This document shows, piece by piece, positions 8,993 to 19,562 of a stretch of DNA of 51,079 nucleotides. The position numbers and the translations under genes were made by a program. The notes under the pieces were generated by a model that did no database searches, was not told where the DNA came from, and saw only the letters and a program-made list of their open reading frames with translations. Origin of the DNA: a virus. Taxonomy: Duplodnaviria; Caudoviricetes. Location of the stretch: the IMG/VR virus record IMGVR_UViG_3300044724_010870, positions 1-51,079 of that record; one strand, written 5' to 3'. How positions within the stretch are numbered: the first letter of the stretch is position 1; each line of letters opens with the position of its first letter.

Positions 8993-9996
8993 TTACTATC
9001 ATAAGGTTCAACACCCGGAAAACCACCAAATGGCAAACCATTTAAAGTTTCCTTCCATGATTTCTTGTTTCTTTGGCACCCTCCCGACGACTCAGCTGCA
9101 TCAGAGAAACGAAGCTTACAACCACACATTGTCTTATCGCAGTCATCCACGATCCAACTATGCCTATCTCGTGGCGGATATGATGCGACACCATCCTCTT
9201 TGCATATATATAACCCTGGGGGGGAGTTTACTGAATCGTTTGAAAATGAAATCACCTTAACTATATCACCCTTGTTATATATTGCATTTGGATCCCAAGA
9301 TTGCAAAGAATCGATATCCCAGTTCTCATCGCCCAGCTTTTCCTCTTCAGGAAAATAAGCCTCCGCTCCAACCCTAGGCCCACTGTATCCACTATTAACT
9401 ATTTTTTTGTTTTTAAAATCAGCTATTGGCCTCCCAGTATAACCACAACCTAGGGAGCTTCTATAATTCCAGGAACAATTGTTAGAAAAAACTTTTCTAT
9501 TAGGAATTGATGCATTCTCTAACTCAAGTAGCGATACAAGCTCAAACTCTACTATGCTATCATTTTCTTGAGTTTTTTGGTTTACATAAAAAATTTCTTC
9601 CTGAACCATAACATCTGGGTCTGCTTCTCCGTAGGGATTTTCGTTGTTTGGGAAATTAACATCATCAATAAACTTAACAAATGTTTTGATGCGCTTTACT
9701 CGATGGTTTGAAAAGTCATTAAAATAATTTAATCTCAATGATATAACACCTCCATGATTAGAAAATGTCATTTTTGGCCTAGGCAATCTAGTATTTCCGT
9801 GCATTTCAAAACCTGATACAGCTATAGGAAAAAATTCATACTCCTTATTGTCAAATATTATAGGCTTCCTGTATCCGTTTTCACCTGCATGAAATAAATA
9901 CTCACCTTTTTCTTTTAAGTTAATTTCGTACAAGCATATACTGGTTGTAGGGTCTAACTCAAAAATATTATCTATATATTTTTTTGTATCTCTCAT
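8989..9996 (-). CDS. Minor tail protein L-like (Fe-S cluster tail tip protein)
   Basis: 335 aa. FHAGENG, YEFFPIAVSGFE...LPRPKMTFSN, RVKRIKTFVKFIDDVNF, VEFEL, Cys pattern CSWNYR...GCGY...CDK...GCKLRF and terminal LPFGGFPG, all characteristic of gpL. Confidence 0.92.
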   Translation of the reverse strand: MRDTKKYIDNIFELDPTTSICLYEINLKEKGEYLFHAGENGYRKPIIFDNKEYEFFPIAVSGFEMHGNTRLPRPKMTFSNHGGVISLRLNYFNDFSNHRVKRIKTFVKFIDDVNFPNNENPYGEADPDVMVQEEIFYVNQKTQENDSIVEFELVSLLELENASIPNRKVFSNNCSWNYRSSLGCGYTGRPIADFKNKKIVNSGYSGPRVGAEAYFPEEEKLGDENWDIDSLQSWDPNAIYNKGDIVKVISFSNDSVNSPPGLYICKEDGVASYPPRDRHSWIVDDCDKTMCGCKLRFSDAAESSGGCQRNKKSWKETLNGLPFGGFPGVEPYDSK

Positions 9997-9997
9997 T

Positions 9998-11263
9998 TTA
10001 TTTTAAAATTGAAATTGTGCTATTTTCAAGATCTCCATGGTCAGCCATAAATATACTTACATTTATAGTGGATCTACTTTTAGTATTTAATAATGTCTTA
10101 ATAAAAGATCCCCGAGATTTATTCGCAATGGAACTAGATGCATTATTTAAATTGTTCCCAAGGCTAGATACTGATACATATAAGGCTTGGTCTTTTATGT
10201 AACCCACTGGTAGATCTACGGGTTCGGTGTCAACTAAAAACCCCATATATATATCGGACCTCCCAGGTACAGAAACAGACTTAGGGTGGGCTAAATTTTT
10301 ATTAAAAAAAGAAGAGGATACTTTATCCACAGAAGTTAAAGAAAAATCTTTTGAATAATCACTACTATAAACATCCCTACCTTTATTTAAGCTATCATTT
10401 ACCATAGAATAAACTAAATCAATAGCTCCAGTAATCCCCCAATTCGAAGAAATACCCTCAAACCAATTATTGGAATCAAGGTGACTAGCATAATCATATA
10501 TCGCTTTTGATATTATACCGTAACCGTTGTTCCAATTATCTTCAGATACTCTCTCAGAATACTGAACATCAAAAACCTCAGTTCTGTTCAAAAAATCTCG
10601 ATTCTTAAATACAGACATAGAGACTCTTTTATTAAGATAATCTAGTGGCTGACTAAACTGGCTTCTATTATATGCCCAGTCCATTTTTTCTGGCTTATTT
10701 ATTGGGCACAAAAATTCGCCAGTTAACGTTATGCTTGTGTCGCAAGAATCAGTCTCTGCCCCCTCTTTTAAAACAGGAAAACCTGGATATATATCTACCT
10801 TTGTTCCAAATTTTGGTGCACCTTCATTATCCTCTAGTGTGTATCTTTTTGATTGTTTTAATTGACTGGCGCCAGGATTAAAAAATGTTTTAATTGTGTG
10901 ACTCTTATTGGGCTGTATAGTGAAGGGCATGTAATCAGCAGACCACTCCTTACTATATTCACTTAGCGATGTGTAACCTTCGTCAAACAGTCCAAACATT
11001 TCTGGGTCATGAACAACAAGCCCTGTGATGGTTATTGGAACAGAGCATGTATTAGTTATAGTGAAAGCTCCGCTTGCATTTTCCCTCACGCACGATCCCT
11101 CACAAGCCTTAAATGCCTCATCGCAGTCCTGCTGTAATAATATACCCGCTTCCGTTAACACTAGACCTGACGACTCGGAAGATAAAACATTGCACTGCGC
11201 CCCAAACTGATCCAGCTGGCTAGAGAATCTTATTTTTTTATCGTTTTCCTGAATAAAGCTCAT
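9998..11263 (-). CDS. Tail-associated protein with an ASH/choice-of-anchor-D-like Ig domain
   Basis: 421 aa. FTITNTCSVPITITGL...F...PFTIQPNKSHTIKTFFNP resembles the ASH (ASPM-SPD-2-Hydin) Ig fold. Cys-rich N-terminus. Confidence 0.55.
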   Translation of the reverse strand: MSFIQENDKKIRFSSQLDQFGAQCNVLSSESSGLVLTEAGILLQQDCDEAFKACEGSCVRENASGAFTITNTCSVPITITGLVVHDPEMFGLFDEGYTSLSEYSKEWSADYMPFTIQPNKSHTIKTFFNPGASQLKQSKRYTLEDNEGAPKFGTKVDIYPGFPVLKEGAETDSCDTSITLTGEFLCPINKPEKMDWAYNRSQFSQPLDYLNKRVSMSVFKNRDFLNRTEVFDVQYSERVSEDNWNNGYGIISKAIYDYASHLDSNNWFEGISSNWGITGAIDLVYSMVNDSLNKGRDVYSSDYSKDFSLTSVDKVSSSFFNKNLAHPKSVSVPGRSDIYMGFLVDTEPVDLPVGYIKDQALYVSVSSLGNNLNNASSSIANKSRGSFIKTLLNTKSRSTINVSIFMADHGDLENSTISILK

Positions 11264-11277
11264 GTTAAATTACCCTA

Positions 11278-14200
11278 TCATTTATTTATGCAGGCATCTG
11301 GGTCCTGCATGAATTTGTAAAACATAGACTCTTGACCACTTAAATTGTTGTATTGGGCATATTCTTCGCCACCAACACTAGGCACTTCTGGCAACAAACT
11401 GTTTTCCCACAAGCCCCTGATGGATCCATTTTCGTCTAGCAATATATGCATCTCTATTTCTTTCTCTAATCTATCCGCGAAATCAAGCTTACTGATCGTA
11501 CCAGTGAAGAAATATGGAGGATATTCTCGCAATGCTCTCCTGTATGGTAAGATAGCATTATTCTTAACACCCTCTATGAATATTACATCGTTAAAATTAT
11601 CATTCTCTATTCCGTCTTGGTAGTAAATAAGTAGGGATTCTTTTAATTTAGAACAAGCTTGCTTTACTCCGCTAAATGTATTGCTTGAATCATAGAAACC
11701 TGCCTCACTATCTACATTTTCTACAGCCACTAATCCGTTTGGATCTACCTCGTTATTGGAAAGATCTGGGTCCTCTAAAGGCTCGGGCATTTTTCCTCCT
11801 GGATATATATTGTAGTCAATGCCGTATTCATTTCCAAAAACTTTACCGTATTGAACTTCTCCATTTTTATAATCTATAAATCGATATGTCTCAGTAGTAT
11901 CATCCCAATATTTTTGATAAAAGCTTCCTTTTTTAATGATATTACTCTTAATGCTTTTAGGTCTGTATGGATCAACTGAGCTACGGGAAACTTCAAGACT
12001 GCACGAAACTCTATTGCCGTTTTCGTCATAACAAAAATCATCAGGCAATTGCTTAATTAACCATCTATCTCTTTCTCGATCCCAAGTTATGTAGTCAGAG
12101 CCCAACCACTGTATGCTAATTTTCGTGACGTCCGCCAATCCTTTAACAGATAAGAATTGCTTAGCACTGGATATTTGATACTTATCCCAGAATTCGTAAG
12201 TGTCCTTATTATATCCGGTTGGCCTCCAGTCTTCCATACCTTCTACCTTATCATCTGAATGTAAAACAAATGGGCCTATACCGTCAAATATAATACCTTC
12301 AGTTCCATATTTTTCTCTACTCTCTTTACGTGTAAAAACAGTCCTGCCCGATCCACAACTAGGCGACTCTGGCTCACCGCTATTTCTTAGTATAACCCTA
12401 ACAGGTGCATTAACTGCAATACTTTGTATGCTATTATAAGGAACTTCATATTCAGCAAACTTACAAACACCACTAAATCTACCTTGGTCATATAAAAATA
12501 AATCAGATACATTACCATCAAACTTACTAACAGGGTGGATTATAGCCCATGGCCCAAATAACTTATCTTTAGGTATGCTACCGATGTCATATGCCTCTGA
12601 AGCTAAGAAATTTTTAGTACCTAAATCATAAGTAGATCCAACCCTCTTAGAACTTATGTAAACAGCTCCTTCGCTAATTTTTGAATTGGTTACTATAGAC
12701 GGTATATTATTCTTCCAGTAGTTTGACTCTTCATGCAATATTCCACCAGGGCAGGTTTTCAAACTGTTCCATCCATGCTTCATCATCCAGTAAAACAAGC
12801 TGTCTTTATATTGCAATCTGATATTATGGCCCCAGCTCCTCTGAAATGCTCCGCTCCTAACTTCAGTCCACCCTCCAATTTTACATCTAACCCTGTATCT
12901 AGTAACGCTAGAGCTAGTGGACAGGGAGGCAATCGGAGTGAAATTATTCTGAATCTGAATACCCTGATCTTGTTTTGGTTGCCCGTACCAACTGCTTCCT
13001 TGTGGCCACAATAAACCTGTACTCTTCCCCTCTCTTTGGAATATAGGCGTGAATACAGGCGCCATCTGAAACCAAAATACCTCCATAAATAAACAGTCAA
13101 AAAATTGCTGCAAATTTTCTATCTTAGAATACGGTAAAGCATTCCACCCATAGGAAAATGTTCCTCCCGCCGATGCCCTAGTTCCGTATGTATATATAGT
13201 CTGGGGGCCATCTGAGGTCAGTTGAGCCTTAAAGCTGTCAAGCCAAGATGGTAGGCCCGCCTCGTACACATCTGTTTTGTATGGTTTAGTTATTTCTGCA
13301 TACTTTGTATTACCTCCATCATATGCTAATGAAGCTCTCCTTGCCGCCTCAATAGCTATATCCCTGGCAGCTTCACCAACCTCGGCATCACCCTCACATC
13401 CCCATGCTGGCCTATTCCCTGGATCGTGTGAAAAGGGTGCATCTGAACCCAGACTAAAACTTACATTACCATCATTATCCTCCACTGGCCTTAAGCCCCG
13501 CATGAAAGGGTCGTATAGTTGAAAAATTTTATACCAACCTTTTTCTAGAGAATTAGGTATGTCAGGCCTATTTGTATTAGCCAAAACATGATCCCATATG
13601 ATTTGCGCCACAGGTAAAGAATAACCAAAAGAGTTATTGTTTTGTGATATGCCCTTGGTAATTATTTCTTGCATAAGTCCATAAGGGTCACACAGTCCAT
13701 TTTTGGCGGGACTTATCTGCTCGACGGTTGGCTTTAATGTTGATGCGAGTGCATCCTCTGCATTTTCTATTTGCTCCGCACCCTCAACTCCGGTTTTTAT
13801 TACCAGTTCAGTATTCCTGGAATCATTTATCTCTAAGTTAAACTGGAATTGAGCATAGCAATCCATTTTCCCGTCTTGCATATCTTCAGTATGAAAAAAT
13901 AACTGAACTCTATCCTCAAACCGATCAACGTCTTTATATCTTATCCCAAAAAATAAATCAATAGATTCGCCAGACTTCAACACAGGCATGTGAGAATAAT
14001 CTCCCACTGAGGCACTTTCTTCACCAGCTATATTATAATCTATAATCTGCAAATCTTCTTCTGCATTCTTGAATGCTCGAATTGGTGCCCCCTTAAACAT
14101 AACCCCTGGATTCGAGACCCCACTAGTCTTGACACTTGAAATTGATGATAAATCTGAAGTTAATATTTCGTATCCTCCTAAATCTAACCCCTGTTTGTCA

Positions 14201-17200
14201 CTAGAAAACGTCGGCTCAGATTCGTTTAAGATAAGATAATCTCCTTCGTCAGTTACAATATCAATATATCCAGTTCCTCTACCCCACCCCCCATCAATTT
14301 CATGAATTTTTCCCTGTCTATAAACTTCGTGCTCCGTATTGAAAGAGTGCCAAACAATATTTGAGGGGTTAGATGTTAGCATTTTTTCGTTTTTAGGGTC
14401 GCTATAATACTGTCCCCCTGTGCCATACATTGGCTCGTCTATCGTATGCTCACCGTCTTTTAATCTTGTAAATTTATACCTATCGTCATCCTTGACTATC
14501 CCATGTTTTAAAACTTCTGTAGAATACTCAGCTAAACTTTTATCGTTCTCAAAACCAATGATAGTGTTGTGCAGCTTAATAGAGTGTGGGCCGCAATTAT
14601 ATATAGTAACTGAAAAAAGATTCTGAAAGCCATTATCTTCCGTTAGTGCAGATGCTATCTCGGTTAATTGCATAATTCTAAACCCTTCTTCATCCCTAGG
14701 TTCAGCGGCACTAACATTATGAATTAATTGAAGGTCTGAGTCTTCTCCAGGAGCACCAGTATAATCTGCTGCATATTGTGAAATTTTACTACTAACTTCG
14801 CCTGACGCTCCGATACCTACAGGAAAAAACATTGTCGGCATTTCGCCATTATACCAGGTTGGATTATTTTTATCTTCATATGGTAATGAGTTGTAGTCTT
14901 CTGTTGCTTGAATCTTGGCTTCATCGTCTGGTAATAAAACGTCATTTTCCGTCTTTACCCTTGCTAAATAGTTTATATAATTTTCCCTAGAGAACAATCC
15001 TCCCGGAGAATAATCTGGGTTCATTAAATTAGAATACCCACCTCTCCATGACTCCGTATAAGCATATCTTTGCAGAATTTCATCTATGCCAAAATCTTTC
15101 AGCACTTCATCTCTGGGCCTCCTTTTTGACAGCCTCCCCCCTGTTTTTAGTTCAGATACGATAGAGTTAATTGTATCTTGTTCTTTTTCTGAAAAATAAA
15201 AATCGCTAATATAGAATATAATTCTCTGGTTAACTACATTAGATCTTTTTGCATTAAATAATTGGGCCACTGCATCCGATAATGCCCACAGATGATTTCT
15301 TCCGGCATCATTTTTAGCTAGATGTGCAGACAACCTATCATAAATATATTTTTTATCGAAAGAGTTTGGGTAGTCTGGTAAATCTAGAATTCTTATACTG
15401 TCTCCATTGTCATCTTTATCCATTGGGTATTCATAGGCATCTTGATTACCAACTAATGATATACCCATATTAACCCCTCTTTCCTCTACTGCGGTATTAA
15501 ATCGTTTTAAATTATCAATGTCATACCCTAGTGTTGATAGCCATTTATTTGAGGCAGTGGAACCCTCAGGTTTATAGACTTTACTAATTAAACTTTGATT
15601 AACAATCTGACCGGTGACAACATCTGTGTATTCGGTAACGGGCCAAGGAGGTACACCATTTGATCCAGCTCCCGGAAGCGAGTCATCTTCGAGATTAATC
15701 TGTCCAGCGCTATATGCTGTTAATGCTTTGGTCCCCGGAAACTTGGAGCCATCATATCCCGTCACTATCTTCTTTAACGAATCGACCACCAAATCATACT
15801 TGGTGTAAGCAGCATCTCCTACCACTACTTTTTGGTCGGATATAGTGCGGGAATTATCTAAAACAAATACAACATCTGTTTCTTTGGAAGAAGGCTCGAT
15901 AAGAAACTCTTGATTGCTAGGGTCAACAACAAACCCTAAAGAAGGAGAACATGCAGCGGAAGACGATAAAGTGCATGTCGCATGCGGCACTATTGGGTCA
16001 AAAATATTTCCGCCTACAACACATGAATCCTGCAGTGAGTCTTCATATAAGTTCGCACTCTTAGACTCTATGAATGTCGCGGTAATTGTATGGTTATTTT
16101 TAAAAACTACCTCATGTGTCCAGCTCGGGCAATAGAAAGCATGAGTAGATTTGTTTTCTTCTTTTATATTGTTTTCAAATCCAGGTAAATAAGGCCTTGG
16201 CATCTGAAAAGAAAAAGACTTAAAACCTAAGTGACTCTCAAGAAATAATAAAATTTCTTCGGCTTCTTCATCTGATCTTTGCTCAAAAGATAAATTCACA
16301 GCAACACCCAAGCTATTAATCCCCGCATTATATTTTTTATTATAATAATTAATGAACGCAGCTTGTATATATTCTGGGGTCTGGGGTATTGTGAAAACAT
16401 TGTTTGGCCTAAAGTCGAAATCTCTATTTTTGTTCCAGGGGTATGCCGTTACGGTATTGGGAGAATTAATATACATGCTACTACGTCCATGTAAAACTTC
16501 GGGTATTAGGGCACTCATTTTTACTTGCCCAACAATAGAATATTCAACCGGCCTAGCAGCACTTACATAAATATAATAATCATCCTCCTTGACATCTTCC
16601 TCTAAATAAAACATCCTGTAATCTTTTGTGATAATTTTTCTTTTTTCAGACTGTTGAGTGTTTTTATTAAACACATATTTGGACAAACCAGTGCTCCCGT
16701 CAAATCCGTCAGGAAATAAAACCCTAGAAGACAAACAATCCAATGGGTGTCTGCCTATTTTCTGATACAGTACATCGGCCATAATATCATCATAGCCATT
16801 ATTTTTAACATCAATATCTGATAAATTAAATGAACCCGTTTCATCATAAGGTATTGCCTCCGTGACAAACTCTCGATCAGATAAGACTTCTTTAACCCTA
16901 ATCAAGCCTACTGAAAAAATTGAATACTTTACAGAATTTACTTGAATATATACAGTATCTCCAACTTCAAGATCTTGGCTTTTTTTAAATTTTAAATTAA
17001 TATGTAAATTCCACCACTGATTGTCGGTTTTGAGTTTCTTTAACTCATCTTCCGTTAGCTGGCTTTTACTGTCAGTTATTAATTCTAGCTTCTTGAGAAA
17101 AGATAAATCATTTTTTAAATACTCTCCCTCGAAATGCTTCGTCACACTTTCTAGGTCATTAGGAAACTTACCATCCCCATTGGGCTCTAGGGCAAAAGTA

Positions 17201-18360
17201 TCTAATCTTGTAACTCTATCTGGGCTTATATACCTTAAACCATTAACAACTATAGGTATAATTACATCCCTTGTATAATCATAGCCATCATGACCTTCCA
17301 CACTATTTAATGTGCTTTGAGATATACATATAAATTTAGCATTTATATTATTATTATTTCTATAGTTAATACTATGACTAAAGTCAACACATGTAAATTT
17401 TAAATCTTTTTTGTAAGGAAATGAATATTCAAAATTAAAATGCTTCACTTCGTTAGAAATCAACCTATCACCCTTATGGTCTATAGAGAATATAGAATCA
17501 TAAACGAATAATTTCTCCTGCAGAAAATGAATAATAGCCTTAGTTTCCTTGTCTGTTCTATTTGTAAAGCTTACATCAAGCTCAAGGGGCAACGAGTTAA
17601 TTGATTCATTGGCCACATATTCATATCCGTCACCCATTTTAAAACTTTCGTTTTTAGCTAAAAAACTAGTCTTTGAATTGTACGAGGGCCTCCATACGAA
17701 ATCTTGAGTCCAATATGTACCGTCATCCATATTTGGGTGCACTGATAAATTAGGCCCATGAGGCTTGACGCAATAAAAATAATAGCCACTATTAGAGGCC
17801 TTGACATTTGAGAAAATTACCCCAGATGTCTTAAGCCCAAAAGCCGCCACAAAAATATCCATTTCATAAGCTTCATCCGGAATGTCTGTAGCTTCTACCT
17901 CTAAAGATAATTTGTAGGAATCTTGATCGTCAAGTTCCGAGTAGGCAATTAATCTAATTACTTTTCTAGGTTTTATTGGTTTAAGGTAAACACCTTCTTT
18001 GTTTTTAAATTTTAAACCAACACCAGCCCCAATTGAAGAATCTCCATCTATATAGTATTCTCCCTCCTCAATGTCTTTACTAACCAATAATGTGGTAAAA
18101 TTATCTGTACTCTTTACATTTTTATTAAAAAGCTTCACGGATGCGGATATACTATATCCCGAGCCCTTTCTCACTCTAATCGAATTAGACTCCCTAGATT
18201 GATTACCAACTACTTTTATCTCGCGATCAACATCGGAAGATGCGTTAGATGTTATTTCTTGGTAATTCTGAGGCTTTACAGAAAACAAAGAATCAACCCG
18301 AACCACATCGTGTTGTTCGTATGTCTCCTCCAATTTCCAATCTAGTGCCTGTACTTCCAT
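11278..18360 (-). CDS. Giant distal-tail/baseplate protein with two lambda gpM-like domains, a VWA domain and a long unknown C-terminal region
   Basis: 2360 aa. gpM-like 1 (~17330-17700): FVWRPSY...FKMGDGYE...SINSLPL...FTNRTDKETKAIIHFL...FTCVDFSH...NAKF. gpM-like 2 (~16060-16420): FDFRPN...GINSL...FEQRSDEEAEEILLFLESHLGFKSF...FYCPSWTH...ITATFIE. VWA: DVVFVLDNSRT...IIFYISD...FFPVGIG. Coupled to the upstream gene by TAATG. Confidence 0.75.
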   Translation of the reverse strand: MEVQALDWKLEETYEQHDVVRVDSLFSVKPQNYQEITSNASSDVDREIKVVGNQSRESNSIRVRKGSGYSISASVKLFNKNVKSTDNFTTLLVSKDIEEGEYYIDGDSSIGAGVGLKFKNKEGVYLKPIKPRKVIRLIAYSELDDQDSYKLSLEVEATDIPDEAYEMDIFVAAFGLKTSGVIFSNVKASNSGYYFYCVKPHGPNLSVHPNMDDGTYWTQDFVWRPSYNSKTSFLAKNESFKMGDGYEYVANESINSLPLELDVSFTNRTDKETKAIIHFLQEKLFVYDSIFSIDHKGDRLISNEVKHFNFEYSFPYKKDLKFTCVDFSHSINYRNNNNINAKFICISQSTLNSVEGHDGYDYTRDVIIPIVVNGLRYISPDRVTRLDTFALEPNGDGKFPNDLESVTKHFEGEYLKNDLSFLKKLELITDSKSQLTEDELKKLKTDNQWWNLHINLKFKKSQDLEVGDTVYIQVNSVKYSIFSVGLIRVKEVLSDREFVTEAIPYDETGSFNLSDIDVKNNGYDDIMADVLYQKIGRHPLDCLSSRVLFPDGFDGSTGLSKYVFNKNTQQSEKRKIITKDYRMFYLEEDVKEDDYYIYVSAARPVEYSIVGQVKMSALIPEVLHGRSSMYINSPNTVTAYPWNKNRDFDFRPNNVFTIPQTPEYIQAAFINYYNKKYNAGINSLGVAVNLSFEQRSDEEAEEILLFLESHLGFKSFSFQMPRPYLPGFENNIKEENKSTHAFYCPSWTHEVVFKNNHTITATFIESKSANLYEDSLQDSCVVGGNIFDPIVPHATCTLSSSAACSPSLGFVVDPSNQEFLIEPSSKETDVVFVLDNSRTISDQKVVVGDAAYTKYDLVVDSLKKIVTGYDGSKFPGTKALTAYSAGQINLEDDSLPGAGSNGVPPWPVTEYTDVVTGQIVNQSLISKVYKPEGSTASNKWLSTLGYDIDNLKRFNTAVEERGVNMGISLVGNQDAYEYPMDKDDNGDSIRILDLPDYPNSFDKKYIYDRLSAHLAKNDAGRNHLWALSDAVAQLFNAKRSNVVNQRIIFYISDFYFSEKEQDTINSIVSELKTGGRLSKRRPRDEVLKDFGIDEILQRYAYTESWRGGYSNLMNPDYSPGGLFSRENYINYLARVKTENDVLLPDDEAKIQATEDYNSLPYEDKNNPTWYNGEMPTMFFPVGIGASGEVSSKISQYAADYTGAPGEDSDLQLIHNVSAAEPRDEEGFRIMQLTEIASALTEDNGFQNLFSVTIYNCGPHSIKLHNTIIGFENDKSLAEYSTEVLKHGIVKDDDRYKFTRLKDGEHTIDEPMYGTGGQYYSDPKNEKMLTSNPSNIVWHSFNTEHEVYRQGKIHEIDGGWGRGTGYIDIVTDEGDYLILNESEPTFSSDKQGLDLGGYEILTSDLSSISSVKTSGVSNPGVMFKGAPIRAFKNAEEDLQIIDYNIAGEESASVGDYSHMPVLKSGESIDLFFGIRYKDVDRFEDRVQLFFHTEDMQDGKMDCYAQFQFNLEINDSRNTELVIKTGVEGAEQIENAEDALASTLKPTVEQISPAKNGLCDPYGLMQEIITKGISQNNNSFGYSLPVAQIIWDHVLANTNRPDIPNSLEKGWYKIFQLYDPFMRGLRPVEDNDGNVSFSLGSDAPFSHDPGNRPAWGCEGDAEVGEAARDIAIEAARRASLAYDGGNTKYAEITKPYKTDVYEAGLPSWLDSFKAQLTSDGPQTIYTYGTRASAGGTFSYGWNALPYSKIENLQQFFDCLFMEVFWFQMAPVFTPIFQREGKSTGLLWPQGSSWYGQPKQDQGIQIQNNFTPIASLSTSSSVTRYRVRCKIGGWTEVRSGAFQRSWGHNIRLQYKDSLFYWMMKHGWNSLKTCPGGILHEESNYWKNNIPSIVTNSKISEGAVYISSKRVGSTYDLGTKNFLASEAYDIGSIPKDKLFGPWAIIHPVSKFDGNVSDLFLYDQGRFSGVCKFAEYEVPYNSIQSIAVNAPVRVILRNSGEPESPSCGSGRTVFTRKESREKYGTEGIIFDGIGPFVLHSDDKVEGMEDWRPTGYNKDTYEFWDKYQISSAKQFLSVKGLADVTKISIQWLGSDYITWDRERDRWLIKQLPDDFCYDENGNRVSCSLEVSRSSVDPYRPKSIKSNIIKKGSFYQKYWDDTTETYRFIDYKNGEVQYGKVFGNEYGIDYNIYPGGKMPEPLEDPDLSNNEVDPNGLVAVENVDSEAGFYDSSNTFSGVKQACSKLKESLLIYYQDGIENDNFNDVIFIEGVKNNAILPYRRALREYPPYFFTGTISKLDFADRLEKEIEMHILLDENGSIRGLWENSLLPEVPSVGGEEYAQYNNLSGQESMFYKFMQDPDACINK

Positions 18361-19562
18361 TATCTGTAAGATTGTTTAATGCTGGCCCGACCTCTTAGAT
18401 ATCCACCCTCGGATACAGATATAGTATCTCTATCAACTATACCATAACTAACTAAATCCTGAGGTATAGGTTCTGGATAAACAAGATTACCAACCAGCTT
18501 GAACTCCCTCATCTCTCCAAGATTATTATCTGTAAAGTCTTTCGAAAACCCAAGATCATTTAAGCTAATTTTTAATTCAGCTCTTTGCCCTGTAATTTTT
18601 AGAAATGGATCCAGCTTTTCCCCCACCACTTCGGCGGTTACATCAATAGACTTTTTATTAACTCTTGTTGGAACCTCTCCGTTTTCGCTTAGTTTACCGC
18701 TTAAGGGTAGCTCGTATGCGGGCTCACGATCTACTGATATAGAATAATTAAACTCCAATGGATACTCCATGCCTACATTTTCTATACCCTCTATCTTCGA
18801 GGTTAATCCGTGAGGGATGCTTTTTTGTTTATTCCTGTAATTGTAATAATCATTACTTATAACATTTTCCGAAATACCTTCCTGGTAATTAAGTGCCCCA
18901 TATATATCAATGGATACCGTGGTTTGAACAGGCTGATAAGGTACTGCATCAAATGTTATTTCCCTGATATATGCATTATCAAAAGTAAAATCCCCAAGTG
19001 ATCCAGTTATTTTACCTTCGTGAACCTGAGGGTATATTTCTTGATCCACTAAACCAGTTATATCAAAAAAAGAATATATATTACCAGTGTTCATGTAGTA
19101 TGTGATGTCCAGAGATCCGGCCGCTCCCCTTTCTGCGGCATATTGCCTAATAACATCCACCTCTCCGTAAGGAACATCCTTATCGTGGCTCAAAAACATA
19201 TCACCCGTAGAGATAACTCTAATTCTATAATCACCAGGGTAAGCATCCTGATTCACAATCAAGCTCTTTTTTGATGGATATGATATTTTAGTGCCTTTAC
19301 GTATAACTTCTATTGATTCGGGTATTTTAGATCCTCTGCCCGCTTGAGAGCCTAGCAGTAAATCATATTCTTTTCCTTTCTCAAAAAACAAGTCTTCTTT
19401 TATATAGGCAAATGCTATTTTATAATCTTCATTAAATTTCTTAGAATATATCGTTTGAGACACGCCAATAGATGCATCATTAGCAAAAATAAATACAGGA
19501 TCCCGTCCCTCGTGAGCAATTAGGACTGGGGTATCTTCATATCTTTTAAAAGGCTTTATCAT
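18360..19562 (-). CDS. Tail tube-like/baseplate-proximal structural protein
   Basis: 400 aa, beta-rich (FDNAYIREITFDAVP; LEFNYSISVDREPAY; SVSEGGYLRGRASIKQ), echoing the two-half pattern of the tube paralogs. Second gene after the TMP, with ATGA/TAATG coupling. Confidence 0.55.
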   Translation of the reverse strand: MIKPFKRYEDTPVLIAHEGRDPVFIFANDASIGVSQTIYSKKFNEDYKIAFAYIKEDLFFEKGKEYDLLLGSQAGRGSKIPESIEVIRKGTKISYPSKKSLIVNQDAYPGDYRIRVISTGDMFLSHDKDVPYGEVDVIRQYAAERGAAGSLDITYYMNTGNIYSFFDITGLVDQEIYPQVHEGKITGSLGDFTFDNAYIREITFDAVPYQPVQTTVSIDIYGALNYQEGISENVISNDYYNYRNKQKSIPHGLTSKIEGIENVGMEYPLEFNYSISVDREPAYELPLSGKLSENGEVPTRVNKKSIDVTAEVVGEKLDPFLKITGQRAELKISLNDLGFSKDFTDNNLGEMREFKLVGNLVYPEPIPQDLVSYGIVDRDTISVSEGGYLRGRASIKQSYR

